This document shows positions 25,709 through 38,377 of a DNA stretch of 64,000 bases, one piece after another. The DNA comes from Vicugna vicugna (lineage: Eukaryota). The position numbers and the translations under genes are program-made. The stretch lies in contig MU058540.1 in the NCBI GenBank assembly GCA_013265495.1, forward strand, positions 1,265,696 through 1,329,695, in the 5' to 3' direction. Below the pieces are notes generated by a model. The model had not been told where the DNA came from. It ran no database searches and was given only the letters and a program-made list of their open reading frames with translations. Each line of letters begins with the position of its first letter. Position 1 is the stretch's first letter.

Positions 25709-28700
25709 CTAGTAAGGTATTTAGCTAGCTTAGATTAAGAGCTATCATTGGTCCCCTATTTACTGACTGAGATTCTATGCCTTTTGGAAAGAAAAATGCT
25801 ACCTAATTCCCTTTCATCCAGAGAATGGCATTACTGAAGCTGTTTATGTTTAATTGGTACAGAAAGTTGGCTTAAGGAACAAACTCTATCTTCTTTCCCC
25901 CCAAATTAACTACCATCACTTCAAGGAAGGGAGAGGGAGCCAACTGTATTTCAAAACTACTTTACCACTGAGACTTCCCATGTGCAGGATTATAGGTGTC
26001 ACAAGCAGATCTAGGACACAGGCAACACAACATCAGTTATAGAGGAAAAGCCTGGTGGAGACTCCAAGAACAGCTTGTCCAGGGTGTCCCATGGCAGAAG
26101 GCCAAGCAGGAAGTGCCTTTCCTAAGAGTGGGATGGAGGTACATTTGAAGCAAGATGCCCATCCACATTTCAGGTTCCACTGGAGTTCTAAGACCCGGTG
26201 TAACAGGTTCTGGTGGCTAATGTCTCCAACTCCAACCTAAAAGTAGGGTTTGGCAATACAGATAATGTTCACTCTCTTCTGGTGCCTAGCAACTCTTCAA
26301 CTTTTACCAGTAGGGAAGCAAACGCCAAATATTTTAATTAACCTGGCATCACTGACATCTCTCCTATAATAGTTGTACTACTAATAAGGAAAACAGATCA
26401 AGGGATGAATGCATCAGATGGTACTAGAGTCCTGAATTAAACTCTGACAAGCGAAAACTGATGCCATGAAAACATGATTACAAAACTCAGTGACGCTGAT
26501 GCAGCAGGCTAACCTCCTTTTTATGAGGAATCACCTCTCACTATATAGGGACTAGCAGCAAGGATAGATCTGTCCATACTAATAGAAGGTATGAATAATC
26601 AAACCCAGAAAAGAACTCTATCTGACTCCAGGTCCAAAGACCAGTTCCCCAGGGCCCACCCAACTTGCACAGAAATGGGTTTTCAAAGGCTCCATTTCTT
26701 GGGAGTAGTCCCGCCTCTGCTAGGGGACAGGAAAGAATTCCTGGCAAAGAAGAGACAGCCTTTAGGTCCACATGGGTTCAGGTATTGCCTGTTTGCCTCA
26801 GTCTTCCCTAAGTTTTTCACTGAAGAGCTGTTAACGGCTGCGAGCCCTGGGACCTAAGTTCTACTTGGCTACAGGAAAGGTGAGCCCTCTTAAAGCACAG
26901 AAGCTCCATACTCACCAACTGAGAGAGAGGGGCCTCCCTGCGGGTAGGTGTCTAGGAAAGAGCCCTTGGCCTCAAGCCAGCTGAATGATTACAGTAATTG
27001 GGGCAGGTCCTGAACTGCACTTCCACAATGGAATAACTACTGTGAGCCATAATTTGGCTAATTTTCCAAAAATATTTTTTAAAGAGAACACATATAGACT
27101 TAAAAGACAACCTCAGTTTCATTCATCACAATGTCCTGAAAGGATAATTTGAGATCTAGTACTTGTGGTCCTATGCTCAAAGCAAAACTAGAAATAAGAA
27201 CTATTTGTTGTTTAAAAATAGTTTATAGTTGCCCCTGTGGAATAGCAGAGTCACTCCCAGTCAGTGATTTGGTTATCACTGATCTTATGTGAGTGGACAC
27301 CTGTAACACCTTAAAGTTCTTCCTAAAATTATACAGAAATCAAAATAACTTTTCCAAAAGGGAGTACTGAAAAACAGGAAACTAGTTCTGTTTCAGCTAG
27401 AATACTTTTAAAAGTTTACTCATCAATGTTCAGCAGTAGGGGCAGTGCTATCAGAAAAGCAAGCTACTCTTTATACGATGGTAAAACCTGTTTCTGCCAA
27501 TTATTTGTGCCTTGCACACAGTTAAGACTCAGATATCAGTAAAATGAATGAATGAACTGTGAAATACTCTGCACTGCTGAGCCATCTCTCTTTAACCTCC
27601 CTGGGGAGGGGTGGGGGAAAGAAGGCCGAAATTCCTAATGAAATAAGGATGTCTTAGGAGGAGGGCTTTTTGGGTAACTCTATATGAAAGCTGTTGTTTA
27701 GATAAAGCATCACAACATGAAAGCTTTCACAAACCTATCTTTATTTTGCCTTTGTGATTTGATTTAAATAAATAAAAAGGTTCAGGCTAATAAAAAGACA
27801 GGAGCATTTGCTGCATGGCTGTGAAATAACGTGCTCTCCGGGTGTATACTGATGGCAGCATCAGATAATACCACCAGGGCCGCCCTCCTGCTCACTTCCT
27901 GGGCCAGTCCTGGCCAGTGCTTTACCCGACTAGTGCTCCTTTTGTGTCACTTATGTACACTGAATGCAAACACAGAAGAATACAGGGTTTAGTACTAAGC
28001 TCTGTCATGATCCTGTACTGCAAACATGGTGTGGTGAGGCCCTGCTCATGGGGCTGGCTTGGTTGGTAAGGGCTAGAGATTGACCAAGCCCTGATCAAGC
28101 CTATTAGCCTCTCATTAATTAGAAATGAAGTTTGTACTGGAGTAATGTACAGGGTAAGGGGGGCTCTTCTCTCAGGAGTACTCAAAGCAGGGCTCATCCC
28201 TTAATAGATGGTGACTGTTCAAGGAGGCTTGCTGGTGGTAGAGTAGGGCCATATCAGCATGATGGGAACTTCTGCAGGTGCTAGAACACTGGTGTTCAAA
28301 CTACCTTCATGTGACAGTCCTCAAAATTTCAAAGATGTATTTGATGTTTTGGCTGAGGACATGTATGAGAACCAGCCAAAGAAAAGCAAATAAACATACT
28401 TTTATGCATGATGTCTAATCATGGGGCAGGCTCAGTTCACAGCCTTCTGAGTGTGCCAAAACTGTGCTTAAAAGCTTGATTCAGTTATAAGTGTGCTGAA
28501 CAGTTTTTAAAAAGCCCTATCAAAGCATTTTTTACACTTACCTCTATAACAGTTTTCCTGTTGCTCTTAACTAACTTCTATAGTCCTGCTGGACCTTCTC
28601 ATGTGTCCATCCCTCCTCCCTCCACCGATCATCCAATCCTTCATCATACAGCCCTCATTCTTCCTCCTGCCATCATCCACCTTTCCACCTTCCCTCCCTT

Positions 28701-31037
28701 CTTCCTCTGTCATTCATCCTCTAGTCCATCCAAAGCTCCCCGTGGCCAAAGGCAACTCCCAGAGCCTTCACCTACCCCATGACAAATCAAGAATACCACC
28801 ATGAAGAAGAAAACTCAAACATAATTGTGAATGAAAACATATTTAAAGTTCTACAAGGAGATGAAAGACACTGGCTGAATTCTACTTCCCCTTTCAGTAA
28901 AGACTTCAGAGAAAGCTATTTGCTATTTGAAATTCTAGCCCCCAAAATCTTGTTAATAGGAAGTGTGCTAGAATTCAGGTGGGATGCTGGCAGACAGAGC
29001 TCTGTCATGGCCATTTCTTAGGGCAGAGGAGATTCCTAGAAAGGAAGAAAGAACTGCTAAGAGTCTCACTGGGGAAGATAGCTAAAAGTTTATCCAAGTT
29101 CCTAGCCACGTGTCCTTTGGTGCTACACTGTAGGAGTCCTGCTGAGGCTGCTGGTCCCACTTCTTCTCAGGATTTCCATTCCAGCTCCTATACCGTTTCC
29201 TTACATGCCATCGTCTTCCCCCATCTCTCTTACAATTAATTCACAGAATAGCCTCCCCTGCATCCCCCCAAATGTCTGGCTGATTCAGGGAGAATAAATT
29301 GTTTTTCCCTGGTCCCCATTCAGCCATGTTTGTTTTCATCCTACCACTCCCCTGCTCAAAAGCATTGTTGGTACTCTATTTCCTTTCACATTAAAGGTGA
29401 ACTCTCCTGTGCTTCGCTTTCAAAGGCTCCAAAATTCACCCCACCCTCTAAATACACCTCACTCACCACACTCAGGCTGGCGAGGGTCCTGTAAACACAC
29501 CCTGCCTGTGAATGCCTCTGGGCCTTCCTGCATGTGGTTCCTCTTCCCTCCAATTCAGTTTGAATCTATCATTCACCAGCATATCACTTTCCTGGCTACT
29601 TCAAATCTCACTGCTTTCTCCTTCCTTCAAACTCATATGAGCACTTAAAAATCAGCTGGAACTCAACATACTATTTCTTTACTGGCTCTCATTTCTTCCT
29701 ATGAGCTAGTCACATCTGTGTAATCAGATGGTAAATTCTTTGAAGATAAGGATTAACACAGGCTGTGAGCAACTTAGAAGGCCTCTCCTTCTGACTAAAT
29801 AATATCAAAGCCCTCTCTGTCAAAGCAGTTTTAACTTGCCCTTGGGTGGTAATCACAGCAAAAAGCCCAAGACCCTCAAGCTTTTGCAGGTGAATGTATA
29901 CAGCTTTGAAAAGGGTCTCACTTTCAGTCCAGGTCTAAGGAACAGTCTGCTGAGGCACAGCAGCTCTTAATCTTACATTCTGCACCTGGTACTTCTAGAC
30001 TATAGCTAACAGCAGACTTAGCTGAGAACAAGTCATTTGAAACCTGAGTATCTATACCAGGACACAAATTCTCACACTACAATTCCGAATTATACTTATC
30101 TGTCTAAACCTACAATTTCCTAGTCCCACTTTCAGAACTTTTATCAGAAATTAAAATGTCAAATTCAGAATACAGGGAAAAGAATGTCTCCTTACAACTA
30201 AAATAAAATATGCTGGCTGTCTTGGGAACACTAGCTCTGTTTCAGCTACAAGACTACCCCAGCATCAGACCAATCTAAAACAATGCTCAGAGCCCCAAAG
30301 CAAAGAAAAGGGAGCTGAACAGCTTTGAAGCTGTTGAGGTACAAAAGGGAAAGTTCCTGGAGATACTCTTTATTCTTGGTCAGATAGTAATGTTACAAAC
30401 AACAAGAGACATTTTCTAAGACGTACAGTGTTCGCTTAATTTATTTTTAAAATGCACACATGACCAATGCCAATGCAAACACCAGCAAAGCTGGGAGGAC
30501 TTTACTAGTTCCTCTGGGTTATCAAAAGAGAGTCACCGTAATTTCATTAAACCAGAGTCTCCTGGCAAACCCCTCTGGTACAGAATGTGCTAATCTGCCA
30601 GCGAACAGGGACAGGTACTGCTTGCACTCAGCTGCCGTGCACTGCTTCCTTCTTGGCCACAAACTCTTTTGCTGCTTCTGAAGATGAACAAGGAGGTCTC
30701 TACAACCTGACACTAAATGTATAAACTACCTTCAGAGAACAGCAAACAAACTTTGCTTCTGTCAGCAAGCCTTGGAGTAGTGTGGCCTAGAAGAACACTA
30801 GACTCAAGATAGTTCCCTAGGTTCATCCCATGGCCCACCCCCAATTCGCTGTGTGAATGTGAGCAATTCACAACTTCTGTATTGGTTTGTCAAATGAAGA
30901 GTGTAACTACAAAAGCCACAAGAGTGTTGTGAATTAAGAACAAGAATAAATGCAGTAAAGGTGCTTTGGATAACATGAGACTGTCTATATGTTAGATAGT
31001 ATTAAGCTCAGTCCGTGGACCTCTTCTCTATCTATAT

Positions 31038-31275
31038 CAGTGGTTTGCAAGCAGGGCAATTCTGCTCCTGTCCCAGGGGCATTTGGCAATGCCTGGAGTT
31101 GTTTTTGGTTGTTATACTCAGGGCTAGGGAGGTTCTATTGGTGTCAAGTGGGTAAAGGCCAGAGAGGCTGGTAAACATCTTACAATGCATAAGATCTGCA
31201 GCCCTCACCCCAAATAAAAAGGATAATCTGGCCTAAAATGCCAATTAGTCTTAGCCTGTTAGCTGAGAAAACCTG
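31038..31275 (+). mobile_element. MER20 (hAT-Charlie)
   Basis: cagtggtt...ggggcatttggcaatgcctggag...ggccagagaggctggtaaacatcttacaatgca...gagaaaacctg; 8-bp TSD atctatat/ctctatat. Confidence 0.85.
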
Positions 31276-31329
31276 CTCTATATTCATCACTTAGTATACT
31301 GCAGCCAGTCTCATAGCATTAGATACTGT

Positions 31330-32020
31330 CCATATGACATGACTCCCAAATTTATATCTCCACCCAGACCTCTCTCCTAAACTCTATATCCAATGTGGAT
31401 ACACAACAGCTCACTTGATACCTCCATCTGGATGTTTATAGAATCTCCAGTGTACCCAAAATGGACCTGCTGATCTCTCCTCACCTCTACACCAGCCTGT
31501 CCCCTCTCCACTGATGGCAGTTCTGTCCTTTTAGTCGCACAGGCCAAAAACCCTTGTGTTATCATTTATTCTCTCTTATACCCCACCCCTCTTCCAACCC
31601 ATAAGCAATTCCCATTAGCTCTAACTAACGAACCAGATCCAGACTAAGACCACTTCTACCTCTGCTGCTACCATGCTGATTCAAAGTATGCATTTTCTTC
31701 ACCTAGATGACTGTACTAACTTCCCTACTGGTCCTCTGATTCTATCCTTGCCCTGTATTCTTGAAATGAGAGCCAGAGGGATCCCGTTACAACATTAAGT
31801 CAGACCACATCACCCCTCTGCTTAAAATCCTTTAATGGTTCCCTGTGTCCCTCAGTGCAAAAGCCTAAACCTTTATAAGGGCCCACAAAGCCTTCTGTGA
31901 TCTGGTTTCTATCCCCTGACTTCATCTCCCTCTACTCTGCTCCTACCTCACTCTGTTCCTTGAACAAATCAGGTAAACTTCCACCTCAGGGCTTGCACTG
32001 ACTGTAATACATTCTTTCTC
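31330..32020 (+). mobile_element. L2 fragment
   Basis: gactcccaaatttatatctccacccagacctctctcc...cttgatacctccatctggatgt...cacctcagggcttgcact. Confidence 0.75.
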
Positions 32021-32554
32021 CAGAAACCTTTTGCAGAAACAAAATCTGGCTTTACAGGATATAAGACAGCCTCTAAGTATGTTCTAGTTCTAAAATACTA
32101 AGCATGTTAAGAGGAAGATTTTAAATTCATCTCAGAAAAATATAACTCCAGAGATTCTATCTTTTGACCATAATCAGAGTATAGACAGGTTTTGTGACTT
32201 CAAGAGGTACAGGTGTTACTGTCACAAAAGTGAGTTAATTGAAATTTCTTTTCTTTTCTTTTTTTTGGAAATTCCAATGTCAACAAAAATCTAAACTCAA
32301 GTGACCAGAGGCTCTAGGGAATCCTTTCCCTTCATGGAAGCTGGAGAGAAAGGATGATTTCTACAGCTTCCATAGCAGCTTGTGGAGAAATGGGGTTTAG
32401 TAGTAGTGGAGTCACATAACATTTGGTCAATAATTGGCCTGATCCTCATTTGAAATGTCATAGTACACTTTAGAAAGGATCCTCTCCCTAGCCCGCAGCT
32501 GTGAGCTCACCTGATAAAAATACGTACATGAACACTATTTGTAATTGGGAAGCA

Positions 32555-32950
32555 ATGTAGTGGATCATTAAGAGAGCAGGCTCAGGAGTCAAGAACAACT
32601 GGTTTTGTTCATATCCTGGCTTTATCACTTTCTAGCTCCATGACCTTGGGCAGGTCATGGAACCTGCGTACCTCAAGTCTCAGCAACTGTAAAGTAGGGA
32701 TAATAACAGTACCTGTATCATGGTCCTGTTGTGTGGACTAAATAAAGTAATGCAAGTCAAACTGCTGCCACTGCCTCTGCCTCTGGGGAACACATACTGG
32801 GGCTGGGAGGCAAGGAGGTGACTATAGTTTTTTGTAGTAAACTTGTAGAACTACTTGGTTCTTTAAACTATGTATATTGATCATTTTAATAACAAAAAAT
32901 TTAAAAAGTCCTTAGCACAGTGCCTGGCACATAGTAAGTGCTCAATGAAC
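32555..32950 (+). mobile_element. MIR interrupted by a short insertion
   Basis: tgaccttgggcaggtc...gtaaagtagggataataacagtacc; resumes cttagcacagtgcctggcacatagtaagtgctcaat at 32911. Confidence 0.7.
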
Positions 32951-35900
32951 AGTAGTTTTACAGCTCTGACTACTGCACTCTCATTGGCCCCCATCAGAGA
33001 GTGGTGTGCTTCTGCTACCTGTCCCTTGTCAGAGGAGAACACAAGCTGGATAAAATATCAAATGACACAAGTTTTCCTTCCAGCTTCTCTCTGTGCCAGC
33101 TTTAAATCTTTCAGGGAAAGGGTCTGCACCTGAGAAGGAAGACTCAGGTTTCATGGCAGCGGAAAGGCTACACTGCCCTCTACTGCCATTAGCCCAGCTA
33201 AGGACACCAACCACCTGCCACTGGGTCAAATTCAGTGCCCTCTGTACTGGGCAAATGTTGGGCTCAATTCCACTAAACTCATCCCTTATTATTATGTTAA
33301 ACTGATTAGCTACTTCAAAGTAGATAATAAGATCCACAAGCCATTAAATCCTCAGGCCCATATGGCAAAAGATTTGCCTTTTCCAGACCTCCCCCTATAA
33401 CCTCTACTATGTTTCCAAACCCTCACCTACACAGAGGGAAAATAAATCTTCCATTCCTTATCCAACACAGATAGCAGTAGGTTAGAAGAGAGTTGATTTC
33501 TGACATAACAGAAACTTCTCTAGGCTCCAGATCCAAAACGTACTAAAGGGTGATTGTCAGAGGGAGGAAGAGGAGCAGGTGGAAACGTGGGCAGGCAGGG
33601 CAGATGGCACTCGGCAGTGGCTGACGCTGGAAGAGCACGATGAACCTCCCCCAAAGATAATAACATGGTTCTCCTCCTGAACCAGCACTAAGCGGAAGTA
33701 ATAACAGTGGCTCAGACTATAATCAGTTTAAAGGAGGAGTATATGACAAATACCAGCTCCAAACATTTTTTTTTAAATAAGAACAAACACAAAATAAGAG
33801 GCACAGTCCAAGTAACAAAATAAATGAGTTTGGAATTCTTTTCAGCTCCCCCAGATTGTAAATCATTACTCTTTAGAGAAAGGAAGCAAAGCATTTGGGC
33901 TGTCCCGAAAAACAGTTCCTTGGTTTGGGCCAGCCACACTCTTATTCTCAGATGTCCTGAATCAGATCATTTGGTTGTCTTGTTGTGTCCTACTTCTCTG
34001 TAAGGCCTTCCTGGAAAACATCTAGAAATTTTAAAAATTATGGGCAAATAAAAAAAAGTATTTAATTCTCTCCTTCCATACCTCTATCGGTTGTTTTTTC
34101 CTACTCTAACACTGTCCAAACAGACGCTGTCCTGGCCTTCAGAGATGAGTCAGAGTTAGAATTCATGGCAAGACTGCCTTGAGTCAATGGTGAGCACCGT
34201 GTGACTGTCCTCAGAGGTTCTTGAGCTAATCACATAAAAAGGGTTCATTAAAACAGCATCTAACCTTTATTAATACTTGGTCTGACTGTTCACGTAGGAC
34301 AGGTCAGCCAATTTTTAACAAAAGCACAGAGTCAGATTTATGAATTCTGGAGCAGGTCAGCATATACTTAACTTTCTAACTCCCTCTGACAGCTCTCACA
34401 CAGGGAGGGGCAGGCCCTCTGTGTTGTGGGATGGAGCTAGGGCAGGCATTCCCACCCAGAGCTTCCCCCTAAGGCAGAGCATGGAGTCTAGAGAGTTTAC
34501 GGTTATTCAAGGGCAGCTGAGGAAGGGCTCCAGGGGTATCCAGTTCCTGGCACTGACAGATGTGCCATTATGTTGACATCCACCCAGCCCTCATAGAGCA
34601 GGTGCATGAAGCAATCTTTTCATTTCATCCTACCAACCTTAGCAAGTTAAACTGTAACTATGGAGGCAGCAGGAAACTGTATCTGCCTACTAAAACTCTG
34701 GTCACAGGCTTCCAAGAGCATCACGTCCTTTCCTAGCCTTAATGGCAGGCAGGGAATTTCTTTAGAGTGAATCAAATCTATTGCCAACTCAGTGATCCTT
34801 GATACCACATCAGGTTCTCTTCCTACCCATCCAACAAAGATGGTACCTGAGGTAAACCGAAGACACTTGCCCCAACTCTGAGCTCTAGGGATCTCTCATC
34901 CTTTCCACTTATTCATAAATAAGAGGGTTATTCATTATAAACGCCACATGGTTGGGTGCACCCTGAAAATTAAAAAAAATAGTTTTTATTTTTTATCAAC
35001 CAGGAAAAGAAGCCACTAAAGACTCAACACACAGGGGAACTCTTCAAAAAGAAGATGCCACAGGCAACCCTCAGTTTACATTAGAGCCACTTATTTCAAC
35101 TCTGCTTCTTTCACATCTTGACGATACTGGTCATCAAGTCAGTTAACGCTTTCGCTCAACATAGCCTTCAGCCCAACAGGAGGATCTAGGGAAAGCCCAG
35201 GTTCATCTACTAATACCTTAATCATGTGGCACCTGGATTTGAATGCCAGCTCTGCCTCTTGCTAGCTTGCTAGCTGGGGCAAGTTACTTAGCCCCTCGGA
35301 GCTTTGGTTTTCTTATCAAAATATGAAATGATACATGTAAAGTACTTGGCAGCACACCTGGCACACAAGAACTGTTTAAAAAATAACTCTAGTAGATTAC
35401 CCCATCTTGTCACTTTGTCAAGGCTACCTCTTCAGAACCTCTAGCATGACTGCCTTTAAAAATAGCCTATATTCTCAAGCCAAATACACAGTATTTAGAA
35501 TTATGAATTATCTCTGCTTTAAGATATCCATTTAAGTACACTCCCATTCTTTTCAAAACCATTTGTAATTATTTCATCCACTGTTGCTCAAAGGAACACA
35601 ATGCAACCTACTGAACTTATCCCCACTGTCTATCATCCTTATCTCCTGATCATATATCCCTTACTCATTCTGCCTTTAAGCACTTAAAATTATTCTCCTA
35701 ACATCATCCTTCCTGTCTTTCCAAATTTATCCATTCTGTGGAAAAGCCCTTTTCATCAACTCCATCTCAACCTTCTTTAACTAACCAGCCATGCACACAA
35801 ATTACACATTTTGACTGTGCTGTCCTCTACTGACCAAATGCAAACTCCTCTTGACTGAACTGTTTGCATGTTTCATCTCCCCTACTGTATTGACAGCTGC

Positions 35901-38048
35901 TAGTTGGTAGGGATAGCTTCTTTTATTCTTCAAATTTCCTTACTTAACAACGTATGCTGCTCTAAATAGTGCACAGATGTGTTGATAAATATTTACTGGT
36001 AACTGTCTACAGTCTACCCCATTCCTAAGGAGACCTAAAAGGTGGAGCTGACTCACCCTTTAGCCAGAAAGGCTTTCAGAGAACTTGCTAGGGCTCATCT
36101 AAGTGCTTTCTGAATAAGACTGTGCTTAACTTAAGGGGAAAAAAAAGAGGCTTCAATTTCTCTTTGGGGTCCAAGTGCCACATTCTCAATGCATTACAGC
36201 CTATAGACTTGGATATCTCCAATAAGAAGTTTTCTCTGTGGTGCTACTTCTAAATGATGCTACAGAGTTCATGAAAAAAATTAGGTAACATACTATGAGT
36301 TCATCAACCTCAAGAAATATCTCTAGAGCCTTACCACAGCCTGGCCTTTCCAAAACAAGCAGCATGTTAGGACCTCAATTAAGGGTGGTAGGTAATGCAT
36401 TCTGATAACCTCCCACCCCCACCCTAAGCCAGGGCAATAATGTAGTTAATATGCATCAGTCCCTAAAGCCCTAAAGGAGCGAAAAACGACAGGTTCACAA
36501 CTCGGGAAAATGAGTGCAGTGCCCTGGCCAGGAACACTAGTCCCCGCCTAAGACCACAGTGATGCCAGGTAGTTCACAGTTGGGTGAAGGGACTTCCACT
36601 ACAGAAAGCATTGAGCAACTGGTTTTGCCTCCTCCAATTCTCATCTTCCCATTACATTTGGCTGCCTCAAAGTTCCTGTTCTAATAGGGCATGCTTAGCT
36701 TAGGGCCTGTACCACCAGGAATGGTCATAACCTGGAGGGTTAAATTTAAGGAAGAAAAATCTGGAGTTATGGCAGCTTAGAGGAAAATCTTTTGTTAGAG
36801 TGTTAAGGTGTAAAGTCTTTCCTCAAATATAGGCAATTGACTTCTCTTATATCCTGTATGACTAACATAACTCTACACAATCCTTTATAATGACTATCCA
36901 ACCAATAAATCAATCCCTTGTTACACTACTACTGAATGAAGTTCCTCTTGCTAGACCATGAGAAGTAAAAGAATTCATATCACTGGGTTTCTTAATTTAC
37001 CTCTTGATCTGGACCACATATAACGTACTGGTCAGAAAAATACTATTCTTACAACAGAGTAAGTTGTCCCTCAAATTAACATCAATTCTATTTTTAAAAT
37101 TTTGAGAGTGAATGCCAACATGAAACAAGGAAAGACTTAACAGTTATATGATTATACAGGTGGGATGCTGGGCCTAATATCCTACATTACTAGCCAAAGA
37201 ATGCATAGGAATGTTCACAGGCCCTGCCATACGAATCACCTACAACAGTGAGCTCTCAGCATCAGGGCTTTATTCAACCAACCAAAACCAACAACCAGGA
37301 ACCATCATTACCTCAGCAGAGTAAGGGAGGTACTGTTTAATCACCTAGCATAGAGAGAAACAGATCAAAAAATCAAACACCTAGAAGGTTGTCTTAGAAC
37401 AATCAGAATATTTAAAATCATGATTAACTCAACAAACAATTCTCACTTATTCCTCACACATGAAAAGTCAAAATATCACTTGGGCCACTCTGGGTTGTAA
37501 CTGAGGAGGTAGATGGGCCATAAGAGACTGGAAAGACATCAACAAGAAGACACGCAAACAAGGTAAATAAAGTGGAAGCCCAACAACATTTAGGATAAAT
37601 AACTGAGATTGTCTTTTTCCTCAGGAAAAAATCCACCCCAAACCAAAAAAAAAAAAGAAACAAAAAAAACCCAACCCCCCACCTCCGCCAAACACAGTAG
37701 AAAAGGTGTACCATTGTTCTACACTTAGTATATGTTTACACTGGAGGCGTGGCTGGTGATATTTTGACTTTTTTTTTTATGCTAAAGGTAAAGAACTTTG
37801 TTCTTTCCAACACCCAAACCAGAGCAGAAAGACAACAGTAAGTTATAAATGTGAATGGAGTAATATCCACAGGACATGGAGATGGGGAAGGGGGGAGGGG
37901 AGAAGGGGTAGGTTTTTGTGTTGTTGCGTTGGCAGGAGAGCTAAGCAGTCTTAAAGAACATTCTAGGCTTCTAAGTTTGCCATGAAGGGGTATCACAAAT
38001 CCCAAGGCCCACCACCTACCCCTTCTCCTCTTCTCCGAGGGCACCTAC

Positions 38049-38377
38049 CTTACTGTAAGTCACTACTGATAAGTTGTTTGCGTGACTGCTGGGGGACAGA
38101 TTTACAGAGTTCTGTGAGAGTCTATTCTCATCTTGCTCAGTTTGGTCAGGAGCAGGAGCCCATGTGTTTTTGCTGATCGAGTCGAACCCGGAACCCCCAG
38201 GGTCTTTTAAGTTGTTTTCATCTGATTGTCGGTTCTTTTGGGGAGAGGCAAACGGGTTGAAGTTTCCTTCTACCTTGCGATGTGGCTGTGTGTTGAACTC
38301 CGTTTCAAAAGACGACAGCTGCTGCGTTACTCCTAGAAGTCCACCCACCTCCACACTGAGAATGACCCAGATGACAT
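38049..38377 (-). CDS. ILRUN: ILRUN (C6orf106) penultimate coding exon (human exon 4 equivalent), 329 nt
   Basis: Minus strand: ttttttgtttcag|AT GTC ATC TGG... translates (D)VIWVILSVEVGGLLGVTQQLSSFETEFNTQPHRKVEGNFNPFASPQKNRQSDENNLKDPGGSGFDSISKNTWAPAPDQTEQDENRLSQNSVNLSPSSHANNLSVVTYSK, then donor AAG|gtaggt at 38048. Recognised as the end of the NBR1-like (FW) domain and the C-terminal tail of ILRUN. Confidence 0.96.

Noticed and set aside
37447..37470. A-to-I recoding of the candidate exon's UGA to Trp within the duplex
   Set aside because: A 5' G neighbour is disfavoured by ADARs, and readthrough would meet another in-frame TAA at the exon end after only six more codons.
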